A stretch of 64,000 nucleotides of DNA. Source: Basidiobolus meristosporus CBS 931.73 (taxonomy: Eukaryota; Fungi; Basidiobolomycota). Both the position numbers and the translations under genes were made by a program. The stretch covers positions 1-64,000 of the forward strand of contig MCFE01000294.1 of NCBI GenBank assembly GCA_002104905.1, written 5' to 3'. Below are positions 1 through 13,479 of this stretch, piece by piece (position 1 is the first letter of the stretch; each line of letters opens with the position of its first letter). A model generated the notes under the pieces. That model was not told the origin of the DNA. It did no database searches and saw nothing but the letters and a program-made list of their open reading frames with translations.

Positions 1-229
1 CACTCATGAACCTTACAAGCAATAATTTGGTCCTGTAGATGGATCCAATCCTAATCAGCTGTCAAGATCCTATCAGGAGACCACTATACTGTCAGCAACC
101 TGGAATTAATGACCATCTACACTGTCTTGTGACAGGACCACAGTAGCATTTTGATAATTTTACAGCCAACCAAAGTTGCTAAAATATAACAGTGCTTATA
201 CAGTGCATTGCCAAGGATGGCATGGCATT

Positions 230-2383
230 GTTGGGTGTCAATGTGCTTTACATCTACTTGAGTGGATCTAACCTGCCAGTACATCCAATTGCCTTAAATG
301 GCAAAAAACCTGACAATGTTTTGTCTGCCACTTTGCATGCCTCTGAGGGCATTATCATGGTGGTATGGTGGCCTAAAGTCAGTTCTGTATGTGGCTACCA
401 TACCAACTTATTAAATGGTATTTCCTTTCTCCACTACCCCTTGCGCAATTCATGCATTCAATTGTAAAATAACCCCTCTTTATTTGCATACCCACTACTA
501 CATTGGGTATTCCACATATAGTTTGAATAAGAAAATACTCTGGCCTCCTGATAACTAACATCTAAAAATGTGTGCACCAGCCACAATTGGCACACTTCTG
601 TCACCTCAACTTTATGGCTTTTTAGTGTGATGCTTGCAAATTTGCCATGTACCTTCTATTGCTGGTAATATATAAGTCTTGCAAACATATGCCTGGTTGC
701 AGTCACTTCTGCCATGATTAACTCCTGAATATCCTCAAAGACCATTTTGGTGTTTAGCCAATATATTCCTTCTCCCTGCTGAATTTTTGTGCCCCTTATA
801 GGTGCATTCTGGCTCTTGTTTGAGCAAATTCCATATTGAATGGTGTATAAGTTGGATTGTGACCAAGAGAAATCCAGCATACCTTGGTAGAGTTTTCTTA
901 ATAGAGATTAGTTGCTTGTTGCACCCAACCCAATATTGCATTACTCAACTGATTACCCATGCTTTGGAGCTGCTTTGTTATGCCATAGGTATAAGTGTCT
1001 CTATTTGTACATCTGTCCTGAGTATTTTCCAACTCTTCCTGGCTTTCCTTCATGTGCTAGCTCATCACATCCATGACAGACTTGGATATAATATTCTTGA
1101 TGAGATTGGAATATGGTAGTACCTGCAACTTGACTTGTCTTCCTATCTCCCCCACACAACAGCTCCATCAAAAACTCTCAAAAGGAGAAGCATGGTCCAG
1201 TATTCTCAACACAGCAAGCAAGATGGAGTATCAAGTGGATACTGTAGCATCAGAGATCTATGCATTCAGCTTTATGTGTGTAGTATAGCCACTCAAATCC
1301 CATCACAAACTCTTTGCACAAAAGCTGTAGGTGAATCCAGTTGTCTTTGGTGTTCTACTTCTGAATAAATAATCCTGCAATGTCCAATTATGACTCCCAA
1401 TGCCTCCAATGTACTCAGGGTAGAAATGGCATCAGAATGCCACTAAAAATATATCTATTCAGTTCATTCAGTCCTGACACTTGTATTGTTATGTATGTGT
1501 ATGAATATTGATTAGAGCCAGTGAGGTGTACTTAGGGCAGCAGCTACTCAGTGATGTCATGCCAATTCTTTCAAATATTTCCAGTATTTCATAAGGATCA
1601 TTTAACCTGAAATGCCCCATATACAACTTGGTCATCAGTATAGGGATATTAATGAAAGGCAAATGCATTGCTCCCAGTGGAAAGCATTTGTTCCAACAGA
1701 TACCCACTAACTTAAGTATCTCTGGTTTTCATTAATTCCATTTTTTGGCCAATGACTTAAAGCTTGCCTACTTTGCTGCAATTGCATGCTGACTTCAGTA
1801 CATTCTCTCTGCAGAAAGATTATATCCTTAGTGTTAGTGTTTGGGTAGTCCTTTTGTGTGTGAGCTGTAAAGTAAGTCCCTTGGATCTTTGCACAATTGA
1901 CAGCAATACCATCCATTGTACCCGGAAAAGCCATCTATCTTACTGATTGCTGGGGTATCTCCAATGCAGATAAAATGTGCTTTTTCATGATGGCCATTTA
2001 CTGTTGTCCTTCTGGAGAGCATACCAAATTGATCCAAAAATTGTTACAGGTAGCTATGCAGGTTGGATGATGATTTTGACCCAGATACCAGTGAGACTAC
2101 CATCAGATTTCTGCTCTCATACTGTAAGATAGGTGGCAGATTCAGGTTAATGAGAACCAGTGGCCAGCAGGATTTGCTTGTAGAGTACTTACTTGATGAT
2201 GATCCATCAAGTGACAAGGCAAAGGCATCATCATACATATCTTCAAAGTAGCCTTTGCTTCTTAGCTGTTTGTAATATTTGCCATCAAATATATCTGATA
2301 TGCTTGTGCCTGATTGATACTGTGTGCAGTACAGCTTCACAATACTTATTGGACTACATGAGCTTCATTATATGGGGTATTAC
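230..2383 (-). pseudogene. CACTA transposase, C-terminal two-thirds (Transposase_21/Tnp2-like), frameshifted
   Basis: Fragments DGKYYKQLRSKGYF..AFALSLDG, CWPLVLINLNLPP, CIGDTPAISK..GFSG.NG.YCC..C, PLGAMHL..INIP. These are motifs of En/Spm Tnp2 transposases. Confidence 0.85.
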
Positions 2384-5300
2384 TGTTGAAATATTAGAGA
2401 GATATATCAGAAGTTAATTGGAGAATTAGAAGATTTACATGAAATTCAATTGATGTTTTATTGAGTCGCAACAAAGTATATATACCTATTGCAGAACTAC
2501 GTAAATGTGCCTATTTGGTCAATATTAGGGGAGTCTCAGGAGTACATGTGCCAAGTTTCAGCTCATTTGGACAAGTTTCAGATTTTCCTAAAATTCTGTA
2601 CTTCTCTAACTCCTAATAATTAATAAATATCTTACAAACTAATTTCCATGTTGATAATCTGAAGTATATCATTTCACTAAGTGCTAGTTCATAATATATT
2701 GATAATTAGGTGGACTCCTAATTATTTCAACACTCCCACTCACATAATATATTCATATACCTATGAACTTGCTGTGGTGTTGCATATCTTGTGGTTGAAA
2801 TTAAACCTGCAATTAACCATCTAACCTATTGGACTAATGTATTCTCCAATATATGTTAAGGATTGCATATTATCTGTAATAACTAAGTATAAGTCCATAC
2901 TGTTAATTACACACTTCAGATCAAATTGCTTTGAGTCTGAACTCTGATCTCATCACAAATATCTATGAATGAGTATCATCAATTTGATCAGAGTAAAACT
3001 TTTCAGATACTGATCAAATCCCAGCATAGTTTGTATCATCAGAGAGCTGCATTCTCAGGCTATCTGCTGTTTTTTATTTGAGTAAATTGGTCAATAATTG
3101 GCAAAGTTAGGAAGTGGTCTTCTCTCCAGTAGATCTGGATCATCCACAGTTCCGGTCTATAGTCTAACCCACTTAGACTATCCTCCATATATCCATAACT
3201 GGATCTGGATAGTAACTTTCCTTGTATACTTCATATATGATCTGCTGAGACCAACAATTGATCAGCATTGTAGTTGCCTTATTCTTCACTGGTTGACCAA
3301 GTTTTTCCTCTTCTGGACTAGTGCCTTTAATGGTATCTAGCCTAGCTTTTCTTCATTCCTGATCTGGGATATTGTACTCCCACTGAAGCTACATCTTCCG
3401 GTGCTTCCTGCCTTCTAAAACTGACTGAGATAGATCATATATATCCTTCCGATCTAGGCATAACTTTCTTGGACTGATATCACTGTTAGGGTATTCAGAT
3501 CTTCCCTTTGCATCTTGATAGGCTTGATTTGGTATCACAGCATACCACAGCTTGATTGGCAGCTATTCATAAAGGCCTAATCCTAAACAGGATAGATATG
3601 GTCTCATATGTACTACTGCGCTTCAACAGTAAAACCTGATCTGGCACTTTCCAATTGCGTAAATCTACCATAATGGCTCTGCTAAGCCACTGTTACTTCT
3701 GATAGAACTTTCCAGCATAGAGCTTGGTTGACAGTGCAAATAGACAAGTCCATGATCTTCTGGACCCATTATAACCCTTAGGTTGGCCCTTGGTACCACT
3801 TCTCTAGCCTCCACTGCAAGTAAGTTGACTTCATTGTTCACCGTAAATGTGATGTTGCCTCTGAGTACGTAGGTTCTCTTGGACTGCTCTGCTGCTTTCC
3901 TTAGCAACAATACTCCACTATTCTTGTGCAGTAGGATAACTGGATCATATCTAGTGTGCTAGATAGTCCAAATCTGGCTTAGGTATCACCTAACTCCATT
4001 TGGAAACTGACAACTTATTGGCGGTAGGTTTTTGCTCCATATCTGGTCTTAAAGATGCTAGTTGCTGGAATTTCCTTATTGATCTAGATCTGGACCATGC
4101 AGGTAGCATATCCACGGCTTGTTAGATCTCCCAGAGTGCTCAGGAACCTCCTGTCCTCAAAACATATCTATTCTGAGATGTTTCAACCAAATCGGTCATC
4201 CATTTGGATCTGGCATAACTTTTCACAGGCTTGATCAAATTTGATCAAAAAAACTTCCTTAAAAAGCCATTTCTCTCAGCATCTTGGTTGTAGATATCAT
4301 CATTGCAGTTTGGCCCGTAGCTGGGAGCTGTAAGTAACTTGATCTGATCAAAATAGCATGATTAACATTTGATCCATGTTAATATAAATGATCCTTCATC
4401 ACTGTATGTATGTGATATATGTACTAGTGTAGGGCAAGAAGTACACTCCTTGATAGTACTTCATGCATACTCTATAGTGTATATAGAGACTATATGCATA
4501 TACTTTGGTCAAGGTCTCTGGTAGTACTTTTCTTGATAGCAGTAGAAATTTCATGCTTCAACATATATGGATGTATCTCCTCCCACTGTATCTGATACTT
4601 GATGTAGACATGTAGCTTGTCTAATAAGTGTCTCAAAGAGCCTCAGGATAATTGGTACTGGAAATAGTACCACTGATATATCATGCGTACCACTCCTAAG
4701 TTGGCATATCTGAGATCACTGATCTTCGGCCAAATATATAGGTATTATATATCATTTGGATCCTCAGAGTTTGGGCAAGCTGATCCATATATCTGTCGGC
4801 AAACTCAACTCCAAACCAGGGCAGCAGGCGGCATCAAAGTGTTTGCGCATCATTTCATTTCAAGTGACTACAGACTTATGTAAATTCACTGCAGCAATTT
4901 GGGCACTTTATTGACTGAAATAGTCTAACCCAAACCCAGGTATATGTGGATCTTCAATATAGATCCATCATGTGGTGATAATAAGGATCATAGCATTGAT
5001 ACATCTATCATGTAAGATGTCCCTTATTGATCTTGACTCCTTGCCAGGATTACGCATTTTCTCAAAGCTTCATCCTTCTGCATATTCCATAACTTTTGAA
5101 ATTTGTCCAACATGATCTCCTTGACACATGACCTTTTTCTTTGCTTAGTGTCTTCTTTAAGGGCAAAGGCCTCTCTCTCCAAAACAATATATCCCATCTA
5201 GCAGTTCTTTGCAGCAGCAGTACTTTTCTGTCTTTTGTAACTTCAGGTAGACCAGGCGGTCTTTCTCCAGAATAAAGACACAGCACAAGAGCAAAGTAGA

Positions 5301-5683
5301 CAGCCAAGATAAAGCAAGCTCAGGGCTCATAACCTGTTGAAATATTAGGGAGATATATTGGAAGTGAATTGGAGAATGAGAAGATTTACATGATATTCAC
5401 TTGATGTTTTATTGAGTTGCAGCAAAGTATTTATACTTATTGCAGAACTACATAAATGTGCCTATTTGGTCATTATTAGGGGAGTCTCAGGAGTACATGT
5501 GCCAAGTTTCAGCTCATTTGGACAAGTTTCAGATTTTCCTAAAATTCTGTACTTCTCTAATTCCTAATAATTAGTAAATATGTTACAAACTAATTTCCAT
5601 GTTGATAATCTGAAATATATCATTTCACTAAGTGCTAGTTCATAATATATCAATAATTAGGTGGACTCCTAATTATTTCAACA
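2384..5683 (-). mobile_element. Non-autonomous copia-type LTR element (family 2), 3.3 kb
   Basis: 349-bp LTRs at 2384-2732 and 5335-5683 (TGTTG..CAACA, about 19 mismatches by eye), 5-bp TSD ATTAC on both sides, PBS GGTTATGAGCCCTG (minus strand 5321-5334), PPT GTGAGTGGGAG next to 2733. The internal region has no intact ORF. Confidence 0.92.
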
Positions 5684-6533
5684 ATTACTGGAGTATATCT
5701 GGAGAATGCACAACATTTACCACCAATGGTGCTAAATTCCTGCCAAATTGGACACCCTGCAATGGTGGCATTTTCTGATGTGAACAGCATGAAACTGTTG
5801 ACACATGCTGGTATCAGAATGGTCTCTGGGTCATATGTTGCCAGCTGCGTGACAGTTCTCAATCTATAGTATATACATGATAAGCCACATCCTGGGATGA
5901 TTTGGGTAAGAGATAGTAGTAAATCCTCAAAGCCCACATTACCAATATTAGTGGAGATATGCCACTTCTCTAGCCATAGCATCACATCATTCACCAATAG
6001 ATTGATAACTAGGCCTACTTGATTCAGTAAAGTATCATTGGAATTTTTTTCTACAGGTGTTGTGTCATTGCACAACAGGATTTTGTTGGGCTCATGCAGG
6101 GTACTATGGTTAGGGAATGTAGACTCACAATCTCTGAGTGAGCCTGCTTTTCAAAGCTATCTCTCTACATGCAATATTTAGAAGGTTTAGGTGAACCTAG
6201 AGTTGCCACAAAGTCTCCTGACTGAGCTTGTGTACGGTGACAAGTACTGCCAGATGCAGTTATAGAAGGATCAAGTGGCCAGCAAGATATTGCTGGTACA
6301 ATAGTGACTGGTGAGTGGTCAAATATGACTTGTGTGGCAAAACACTGGCTGTAATCCTTATAATGCTTCCTATGCTGTCTGCATGCATCATGGCTGAGAG
6401 GCTTATTACAATAGCCACATGGTCTTTTTTCTCTTCTCTTACAGCTTCAAATCAATGTAGTCTTATCTATAGGGTAAACAGTTTGACACTCAACAACATA
6501 ATAGTATTATATCACTCTATTGTCAACACTCAT
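5684..6533 (-). pseudogene. CACTA transposase N-terminal part, copy A
   Basis: ORF 5650-6075 (LWLEKWHISTN..YDPETILIPACVNS) plus an upstream Cys/His segment. It continues in register at 2383 once the copia insertion is removed. Confidence 0.85.
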
Positions 6534-7076
6534 GTGAATATAAGACAGTCAGGTATTACAGACATTGCACCTACATAAATGTAGGATTCAAGCATGACAT
6601 GCCATTATAAGCCTTATACCTATAGTTGTGGCACCACATACACATGTATATGTAGCACCATTTCCCCCTTTGTCTGACTAACTTCCTTACAAATGATGCC
6701 ATAAAATTGTTATGATCTGCCGCTTGAATGTTTAAGTTAGATCAGTTTTTAGTCAAATCAATTAGTATATGTTTAGGTTATCAGTATATCAGTATTATCT
6801 ATGAAATCAGTAGCATTAGTCAGCAAATGAATCAGCAGATCCTTATCAGACAGAAATAGATATATTAAGTAGGATCTTATTGGGTGATGATGATGCAATC
6901 AAATGAGTCATCAGCCACAACCTACATTAGGAAATACAATTAGTCAGCAATTGATCAGGCAAAATGTATATAAGGAGCTGCTGGAACCTCAATAAAAATC
7001 AGTTCAAGTTTTAGTGAATACAATATTAGCTAAACTCCCTATTCCTCTACAACTCTTATACCAAGACTTGTAACAT

Positions 7077-7087
7077 TGGTAGCAGCG
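7077..7087 (+). promoter_or_regulatory. Primer binding site, probably complementary to the tRNA-iMet 3' end
   Basis: TGGTAGCAG 1 nt after the LTR matches the complement of the ..CUGCUACCA initiator tRNA end. The host tRNA sequence is not available to confirm. Confidence 0.65.
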
Positions 7088-7133
7088 ATAACCAGAAACC
7101 TCCCTCCTGAAGAAAGAAGAAACCACCCTCAAG

Positions 7134-10100
7134 ATGTCGGACAATCAAGAATGGAAGAATGCCATGCAGCAAATCCTGGCCCAACAGCAACAGCTACTCC
7201 AGATCCTCAGCCAACAGCAACAAGGAATGACTACCATGGCTCAGAGCCAGCAAAGCCCTGTCAAGAGCAACTTTAGTGTGAAGGTCAACCGGTACCATGG
7301 CAGAGTCAATGAAAACCTGGGAACTTGGCTCTTTCAGATTGAAGAAGCTTTTAAAGTTAAAGGAATTGCTCCAGAGAGCAAGTTGCATTATGCAGCTTCT
7401 TACCTGGCAGATGCAGCTTTACAGTGGTACCACAACAAGATCAGGTCAGCTACTATGATGGGATGCTCTACAATCTCTACCTGGGATGAGTTTGTGTCGG
7501 AAATTCAGGATGCTTTTGAACCTCCACACCAGCAGACACTACTAAGAAGGAAGTTAAAGACACTCAGACAGAAAGGAATGGTGCAAGAATACATCTATGA
7601 GTACAGATGTCTACTTGGACAAATTGAAAGAATGGACCCCTTGGATCAAGTTGAATACTTTATTGATGGGTTGAAAGAAAGAACTCGCAAGGAAGTCAAT
7701 TACCGAAGACCTCAGACTATTGAAGAAGCCATCAAGATTGCCATTGACTATGACTCAGCTATATTTGGAGTTGGGAAGCCTACAGTGACTAGTCAGAAAG
7801 GCTATAATCATTATGAAAGAAGACAATCAGAAGCAGTACCAATGGAAATAGACGCTATGCAGAAGAATCCCTCCTCAGAAGAATGCAAGAAGAGAGGACT
7901 TTGCTTCAATTGCCACCAGCAGGGACATATTGCAAAGTACTGCCCTCAGAGAAGAAATGGACACCAGCCAACAAGAACCTTCTACCATATTGAGTCCGAT
8001 GAACACAGTAATGTGGAAGATGAGCTTGAAGAAGACTTGGAACTCACCTTCCATATGACAGAAGAGTACTTGTCCCAAATGACTTCAAACTCAGGGAAGT
8101 TATTGTACTTGAATGGAGTAATCAATGGAGTACCTGCCAAGATCATGATTGACTCAGGAGCATCGCATGAGTACATGTCAGAGCAATTTGCTTTGAAAGC
8201 TGGAATCAACTCGGAACCTACCAAATCAACTTCAGTCTCCACAGCTGATGGGAACTCCCACATAATCAACCGTATTACCCAGCCAGTAAGAATGAAGATC
8301 AATGACTATGAAGAAGACCTACAGGCTTATATATTTGGGAACTGCAAGTTTGACCTTGTACTTGGGAAAACCTGGCTATTTTGTCGTAATCCATCAATCA
8401 ACTGGAGAACCCATGCTACTCAGATCCAAAAAGACAACAAGACCTATGAGCTATTACCTGCCAGGCTGGATTTCAACTTGGTCAATTCCAGTGTGTGTGA
8501 GACAAGTGAACTTAGCAAGACCCAGTTCTGTAGAGCACTTAGAAAAGGTACCCAGATGTTCCTCATGGCGGTATTACAGGAGGATTCCTCTATCCCAGCA
8601 CCCCAGCAGGTCCAGACTCTCTTGAAGAAATATTCAGACATGTTTCCAGATGAGCTTGTAAGCCTACCACCAGTCAGAGACGTGGATCATGCCATTGACA
8701 CAGGAGATAGCCCTCCAGTGAGCAAGACACCTTACAGAATGAGTCCATTGGAATTGGAGGAAATGAAGAGACAAATTGATCAGCTATTGGAGCAAGGATA
8801 CATCAGGCCCAGCAAGTCACCCTGGGGAGCACCAGTGCTTTTTGTGAAAAAGAAGGATGGAACACTTAGGATGTGCATTGACTACAGAGCCCTGAACTCA
8901 GTTACCGTCAAGAATAAGTACCCCATACCTCGGATCGATGAGCTTTTAGACCTACTTAATGGAGCCACTATTTTCAGCAAGCTTGATCTCATGTCAGGAT
9001 ACAACCAGATTAGGGTGAAACCAGAAGATATCCCTAAGACAGCATTCAGGACCAGATATGGACATTACGAGTACTTAGTCATGAGTTTTGGCCTCACTAA
9101 TGCCCCTGCAACATTCATGACGCTGATGCAGACTGTCTTTCAGGAGTACTTAGACAAGTTTGTGATAATCTACCTGGATGACATATTGATATACAGCAAG
9201 ACAGAAAAGGATCACATGGTACACATTGAAAAGGTGTTGAAGAAACTAAGAGAGAACAAACTATATGGCAAGCTAGCCAAGTGTGAATTCTTCAAGGAAC
9301 ACGTAGAATATCTGGGACACATAGTGACTAGCACAGGAGTAACCTTAGACCCCAAGAAGGTGGAAGTAATCAAGAATTTGAAGCAGCCCCATAGCATATC
9401 AGAACTCAGATCCTTCCTTGGAATGGTTTCCTATTATCGGAGATTTGTCAAGTCATTTGCAAGTATTGCAGCCCCTTTAACTGATATCCTCAAGAAAGAC
9501 AATACCTACAAGTGGGACATAGCTTGTGAGACTGCCTTCCAGACGCTAAAGAATGAACTTGCTAAGTTGCCAAGCTTAAGAATACCAGACTTCAGAAAAG
9601 AGTTCACTCTATGCACAGATGCTTCAGATTACGCAATTGGTGGAGTGCTGAGCCAAGAACACAAGGGAAAGGACTACCCTGTTGCCTTTGAATCCAAGAA
9701 ACTGAACTCAGCAGAACAAAACTATCCAGTCCATGAGAAGGAGATGCTTGCTATAATACACTGTTTGAAGACATGGAGATGCTATATTGAAGGAGTCAAA
9801 TGCACTGTGAAGACTGATCATGCCTCCCTCAAGTATATATTTACTCAGAATGTACTCTGTAGAAGAATGACAAGATGGAGTGAATACATTCAGCAATTTG
9901 ACCTGGAGATTGTCTACTGCCCTGGAAAAAACAACACGGTTGCTGATGCCTTATCAAGATTAGATCAAGTTGCACAACTCAACTTGGTGCATGAATCAGA
10001 TTGGCCTAGCCTATTACCAAAGTACTTGGAGGACCAAGCCATTCCTAATGAGGTGGATGAAGATATCAAGAAGATAATCCGGGATGAAGCCAGCAAATTT

Positions 10101-11267
10101 GTTGTACAGGATGAAACACTCTACCGAATTGTTGATGGAAGCCCTATTGCCTATTGTCCTTATGTTGCTTGCCTGGATTTAATACATAAGCTACACAATG
10201 GATATGGACATCTTGGGATTGAAGGAACCTATAGCCTTGTGAAAGCCAGAGCATGGTGGCCCAGAATGAAACAAGATATTGAGAAGCTAGTGAAAACATG
10301 TCCAAACTGCCAAATCAATCAGGGCCAGCCACAAAGAATTGCCGAACTCTTCCCTTTGGAGCCTGTCAGACCATTTGAGAGATGGGGAATTGACTTTATT
10401 GGAAGACTGCCAACTACCAGGAAATGTAACCGTTGGATCCTAGTAGCTATTGACCATGCCACTAAATGGCCAGTCGCTAAAGCTGTACCAATAGCCAGTG
10501 AACAAGAAGTTGCAAGTTTCATTTACCATGAGATCCTGATGAAGTTTGGATGCCCTGTGGAGATCTTATCTGATAGAGGTGCAAACTTTATGGCAAAGAC
10601 ATTAGAGGCTTACCTGGAAATGCAGCAGATCAGACACTTGAAAACCTTGGCATATCACCCCAGAACTAATGGAGTCACTGAGCGGTTTAATGGATTATTT
10701 GGAAGAATGCTGACTAAGTATGCAAATGGAGTTGTCAGTAGATGGGATGAGTATATAGACCAAGCACTCTTTGCATGCAGAGTCAGAGTACACAACACCA
10801 CCCAGCAATCACCATTTTACTTAGTTTATGGATGTGAACCTAGGATTCCAGGAGATCTCACACAACCCAAGCTTACAGATGCCTTAGAAGATGAACTTAG
10901 TCAGCCAAGTAGACACCAGCAACTGGAACAAAGACGTCAAGAGGCACAGACCAAAGTATCTCAAAGTGCAGAAAAGATGAAGCAGAGATTTGATAAGACT
11001 ATAGCACCAGAAGCATTGACAGTTGGGAACTTTGTATTGCTAAGAAACAACACTTGGAAGAAGTTTGAGCCACAATGGACAGGACCATTCAAGATCATCA
11101 GAGAATGTCCATTTGCAACTTACCAACTGGTGGACAAGCAAGGTAATATCCGGGAAGACTTAGTGCATAGGGACAGACTCAAGCTTGCAAGACTTGCTGA
11201 TAATACTGAACCATCAAGATATTGGTATCACAAGAAAAGAGATTCAGGAGAACCCTCTCAACTTTAG
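7134..11267 (+). CDS. gag-pol: Ty3/gypsy Gag-Pol polyprotein, 1377 aa (Gag, CCHC knuckle, protease, RT, RNase H, integrase; no chromodomain seen)
   Basis: [48 protein letters not shown] zinc finger, WGIDFIG..SDRG..TERFNG integrase core, C-terminal GPFKI/VHRDRLK. Domain order PR-RT-RH-IN. Confidence 0.97.
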   Translation: MSDNQEWKNAMQQILAQQQQLLQILSQQQQGMTTMAQSQQSPVKSNFSVKVNRYHGRVNENLGTWLFQIEEAFKVKGIAPESKLHYAASYLADAALQWYHNKIRSATMMGCSTISTWDEFVSEIQDAFEPPHQQTLLRRKLKTLRQKGMVQEYIYEYRCLLGQIERMDPLDQVEYFIDGLKERTRKEVNYRRPQTIEEAIKIAIDYDSAIFGVGKPTVTSQKGYNHYERRQSEAVPMEIDAMQKNPSSEECKKRGLCFNCHQQGHIAKYCPQRRNGHQPTRTFYHIESDEHSNVEDELEEDLELTFHMTEEYLSQMTSNSGKLLYLNGVINGVPAKIMIDSGASHEYMSEQFALKAGINSEPTKSTSVSTADGNSHIINRITQPVRMKINDYEEDLQAYIFGNCKFDLVLGKTWLFCRNPSINWRTHATQIQKDNKTYELLPARLDFNLVNSSVCETSELSKTQFCRALRKGTQMFLMAVLQEDSSIPAPQQVQTLLKKYSDMFPDELVSLPPVRDVDHAIDTGDSPPVSKTPYRMSPLELEEMKRQIDQLLEQGYIRPSKSPWGAPVLFVKKKDGTLRMCIDYRALNSVTVKNKYPIPRIDELLDLLNGATIFSKLDLMSGYNQIRVKPEDIPKTAFRTRYGHYEYLVMSFGLTNAPATFMTLMQTVFQEYLDKFVIIYLDDILIYSKTEKDHMVHIEKVLKKLRENKLYGKLAKCEFFKEHVEYLGHIVTSTGVTLDPKKVEVIKNLKQPHSISELRSFLGMVSYYRRFVKSFASIAAPLTDILKKDNTYKWDIACETAFQTLKNELAKLPSLRIPDFRKEFTLCTDASDYAIGGVLSQEHKGKDYPVAFESKKLNSAEQNYPVHEKEMLAIIHCLKTWRCYIEGVKCTVKTDHASLKYIFTQNVLCRRMTRWSEYIQQFDLEIVYCPGKNNTVADALSRLDQVAQLNLVHESDWPSLLPKYLEDQAIPNEVDEDIKKIIRDEASKFVVQDETLYRIVDGSPIAYCPYVACLDLIHKLHNGYGHLGIEGTYSLVKARAWWPRMKQDIEKLVKTCPNCQINQGQPQRIAELFPLEPVRPFERWGIDFIGRLPTTRKCNRWILVAIDHATKWPVAKAVPIASEQEVASFIYHEILMKFGCPVEILSDRGANFMAKTLEAYLEMQQIRHLKTLAYHPRTNGVTERFNGLFGRMLTKYANGVVSRWDEYIDQALFACRVRVHNTTQQSPFYLVYGCEPRIPGDLTQPKLTDALEDELSQPSRHQQLEQRRQEAQTKVSQSAEKMKQRFDKTIAPEALTVGNFVLLRNNTWKKFEPQWTGPFKIIRECPFATYQLVDKQGNIREDLVHRDRLKLARLADNTEPSRYWYHKKRDSGEPSQL

Positions 11268-11649
11268 TAGGGGAGAATGTTATGATCTGCCGCTTGAATG
11301 TTTAAGTTAGATCAGTTTTTAGTCAAATCAATTAGTATATGTTTAGGTTATCAGTATATCAGTATTATCTATGAAGTCAGTAGCATTAGTCAGCAAATGA
11401 ATCAGCAGATCCTTATCAGACAGAAATAGATATATTAAGTAGGATCTTATTGGGTGATGATGATGCAATCAAATGAGTCATCAGCCACAACCTACATTAG
11501 GAAATACAATTAGTCAGCAATTGATCAGGCAAAATGTATATAAGGAGCTGCTGGAACCTCAATAAAAATCAGTTCAAGTTTTAGTGAATACAATACTAGC
11601 TAAACTCCCTATTCCTCTACAACTCTTATACCAAGACTTGTAACAAAAT

Positions 11650-13030
11650 AAAGCAAAGTTATTTAGCTCCCAACCAATCCACACTACTGACAGCAGCAGA
11701 AGAACAGCTCCACAACAGCTTGCTTTGACATTCAGTGTAATAAGCAGGGTTACAACCAAAAAAGGCCCTGTGGTGAGTGTGAGTATGCCTACTGAAGGGA
11801 ATTATTCAGACTCCTTATGCACTCAGTTGAGTAGGCAATTGGAAATCACCGCACAACTGCCAGCTGACCATATTGCTGTGGCAGATGAGAATGTAGCTGA
11901 AGCATTTCATTAAGTTGATGACCAGCAAGTGGCTGTTATAACATCACCACCACCCATATTAGCAAGTATGTTGTAAGCTCATACAATAATATTAAGGAGG
12001 CAATTAGGTGCAGTGGCTGATAAGAAAGATGTAATGGCCCAGAGAAATCAGAAAATAGTCCAGCATCAGGATGAGTGGATAAAAGGTGTGGAGCAATCAA
12101 TTTCCCAGGTGGAGATAGAAGTAGTTTTGCTGCAACAAAGGAACACAAGTAGCTGAATGTCATTGTGAAGACTTGAGCCATTTCTTAATGTAACAGCAGA
12201 GGAACACCATACAGCCCTTGAAGCACAAAAACAGTGCCCAAAGATTAAGCCCACAGAAAAACCTATCACAGCATGGGAGGGAGAGATAGTAGTGTTTATG
12301 CCAAAGCCCAAAAATCAAAAGATATTCAAGGTCTGTGAAGCCATTGAGTGCAATGATGATGAGTGGGCTAGTATTCCAGAGATTGTTAGAAGTCTAGCAC
12401 ACCAACACCTAAAGGCCAGCATACCATGAGAGCATCAGGAAGTAAAGGCCTAGCAGAATGTGCTTGTTGTGCTCCATAAGCATTGTCCTGGATTCAAATG
12501 AGCAAATGGTTCTGGGCCAGCATTATAATGCTAATAAGGTATCTCAAGAATAGCAGAAACCATCACAAGTGGAAGAACAAGGGTGCAATGGCCAAAAACT
12601 AGTGGCTTCCTCAAGAGCCCATTACATGCAGGGCTAAGAGCCTCAAACAAGCATTATAGGGACATCATGTAACTGGAAGAGTGCCAATAGGGGAAAATCA
12701 TAGTCCTACCCAAGAATAACTTAGTCAAAGTAGCAATGAAGGACCTGGCAGTAGTAAAAACAAGTGGCCACCCCTGGATCCATCACAGCTGGGGCTTAGA
12801 GCTTGAAACAAGCAGGAAAGAAGTGACAGGTTGTCTGCTTAGTGCCAGGGAGGGACAAGCAGGCCAAAACAGATGCTTCAGAGCAGCATTCATTTAGGAA
12901 TAAATGTAGTTCAATACAGGAAGCACTCAGACAAGTTAGCAAGATATGGATGTATAAAAAAAAAGCTGCAGCTCTTGCCAATCAAAGCCATAAGCCAGGA
13001 ACAGACTGAATCTCATCATAGCCTAGAAGA
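11650..13030 (+). pseudogene. CACTA accessory (second) gene, copy A, unknown protein
   Basis: QQLALTFS..TTKKGPV..WEGEIVVFMPKPKNQKIFKVCEAIE.. matches ORF 51990-52769. The start ATG at 6693 is separated from the rest by the Ty3 insertion. Confidence 0.8.
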
Positions 13031-13038
13031 ATTACCAA

Positions 13039-13243
13039 TTAGGATCTTACTGGGTTATGATGATGCAATCAGATGAGTCATCAGCTATAACTTACATTAG
13101 GAAATATCATTGTCAGTAATTGATATGACAAAATGTATATAAGGAGCTGCTGGTACCACAATAAAAACCAGCTCAAGTTTAGTGAATACAATACTAGCTA
13201 AACTCCCTATTCCTCTACAACTCTAATATCAAGACTTGTAACA
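13039..13243 (+). repeat. 5'-truncated LTR of Ty3/gypsy family 1
   Basis: Aligns to the 3' 200 bp of the 6708-7075 LTR and ends in CTTGTAACA. Confidence 0.9.
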
Positions 13244-13479
13244 GTATCATATAAATGAATGATGAAGATTTTCCAACTTTGAGCAACAAAAGCTTGAGAC
13301 CCTGACCCAAGACTGGTGGCCCAAGTATGCCCTCAAATAAAAGGTCTTTACTATGCTAAAACTTTTGTACTAGTAACCATGTCTGATTGCATCAGATAAA
13401 TATTAGCTGTTGCAGCCAAATAAAGGTTTCTTATATATCAAATGAAAGGAAAAGCTGCATTTTTGAGCAGAGACCTCAT

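Larger units (their letters stand above)
6708..11645 (+). mobile_element. Full-length, young Ty3/gypsy LTR retrotransposon (family 1, copy 1)
   Basis: 368-bp LTRs at 6708-7075 and 11278-11645 (TGTTA..TAACA) with 2 mismatches, 4-bp TSD AAAT, PBS TGGTAGCAGCG at 7077, PPT AGTAGGGGAGAA 11266-11277, single intact ORF. Confidence 0.98.
10..13036 (-). mobile_element. CACTA/En-Spm-like DNA transposon copy A (decayed, carries nested copia 2384-5683 and Ty3/gypsy 6708-11645)
   Basis: Degenerate terminus ACCTTACAAGCAATAATTTGGTCC at 10-33 aligns to the terminus at 60633-60656 (reverse complement), and 1-200 is homologous to 60500-60656. Transposase is on the minus strand and the accessory gene on the plus strand. 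The far end is not visible. Confidence 0.75.

Noticed and set aside
3098-5307. Short ORFs (3098-3340, 3665-3910, 4683-4883, 5062-5307) as cargo genes
   Set aside because: They are under 85 aa, mostly with non-ATG starts and no recognisable motifs, and lie within the decayed interior of an LTR element.
5321-5334. tRNA-iMet-like sequence
   Set aside because: Only 14 nt with no cloverleaf. It is the copia primer binding site, not a tRNA gene.
7194-10522. Multiple antisense ORFs over gag-pol, and similar ones over the CACTA and copia copies
   Set aside because: Shadow frames of coding sequence. They recur only because the host elements are homologous.
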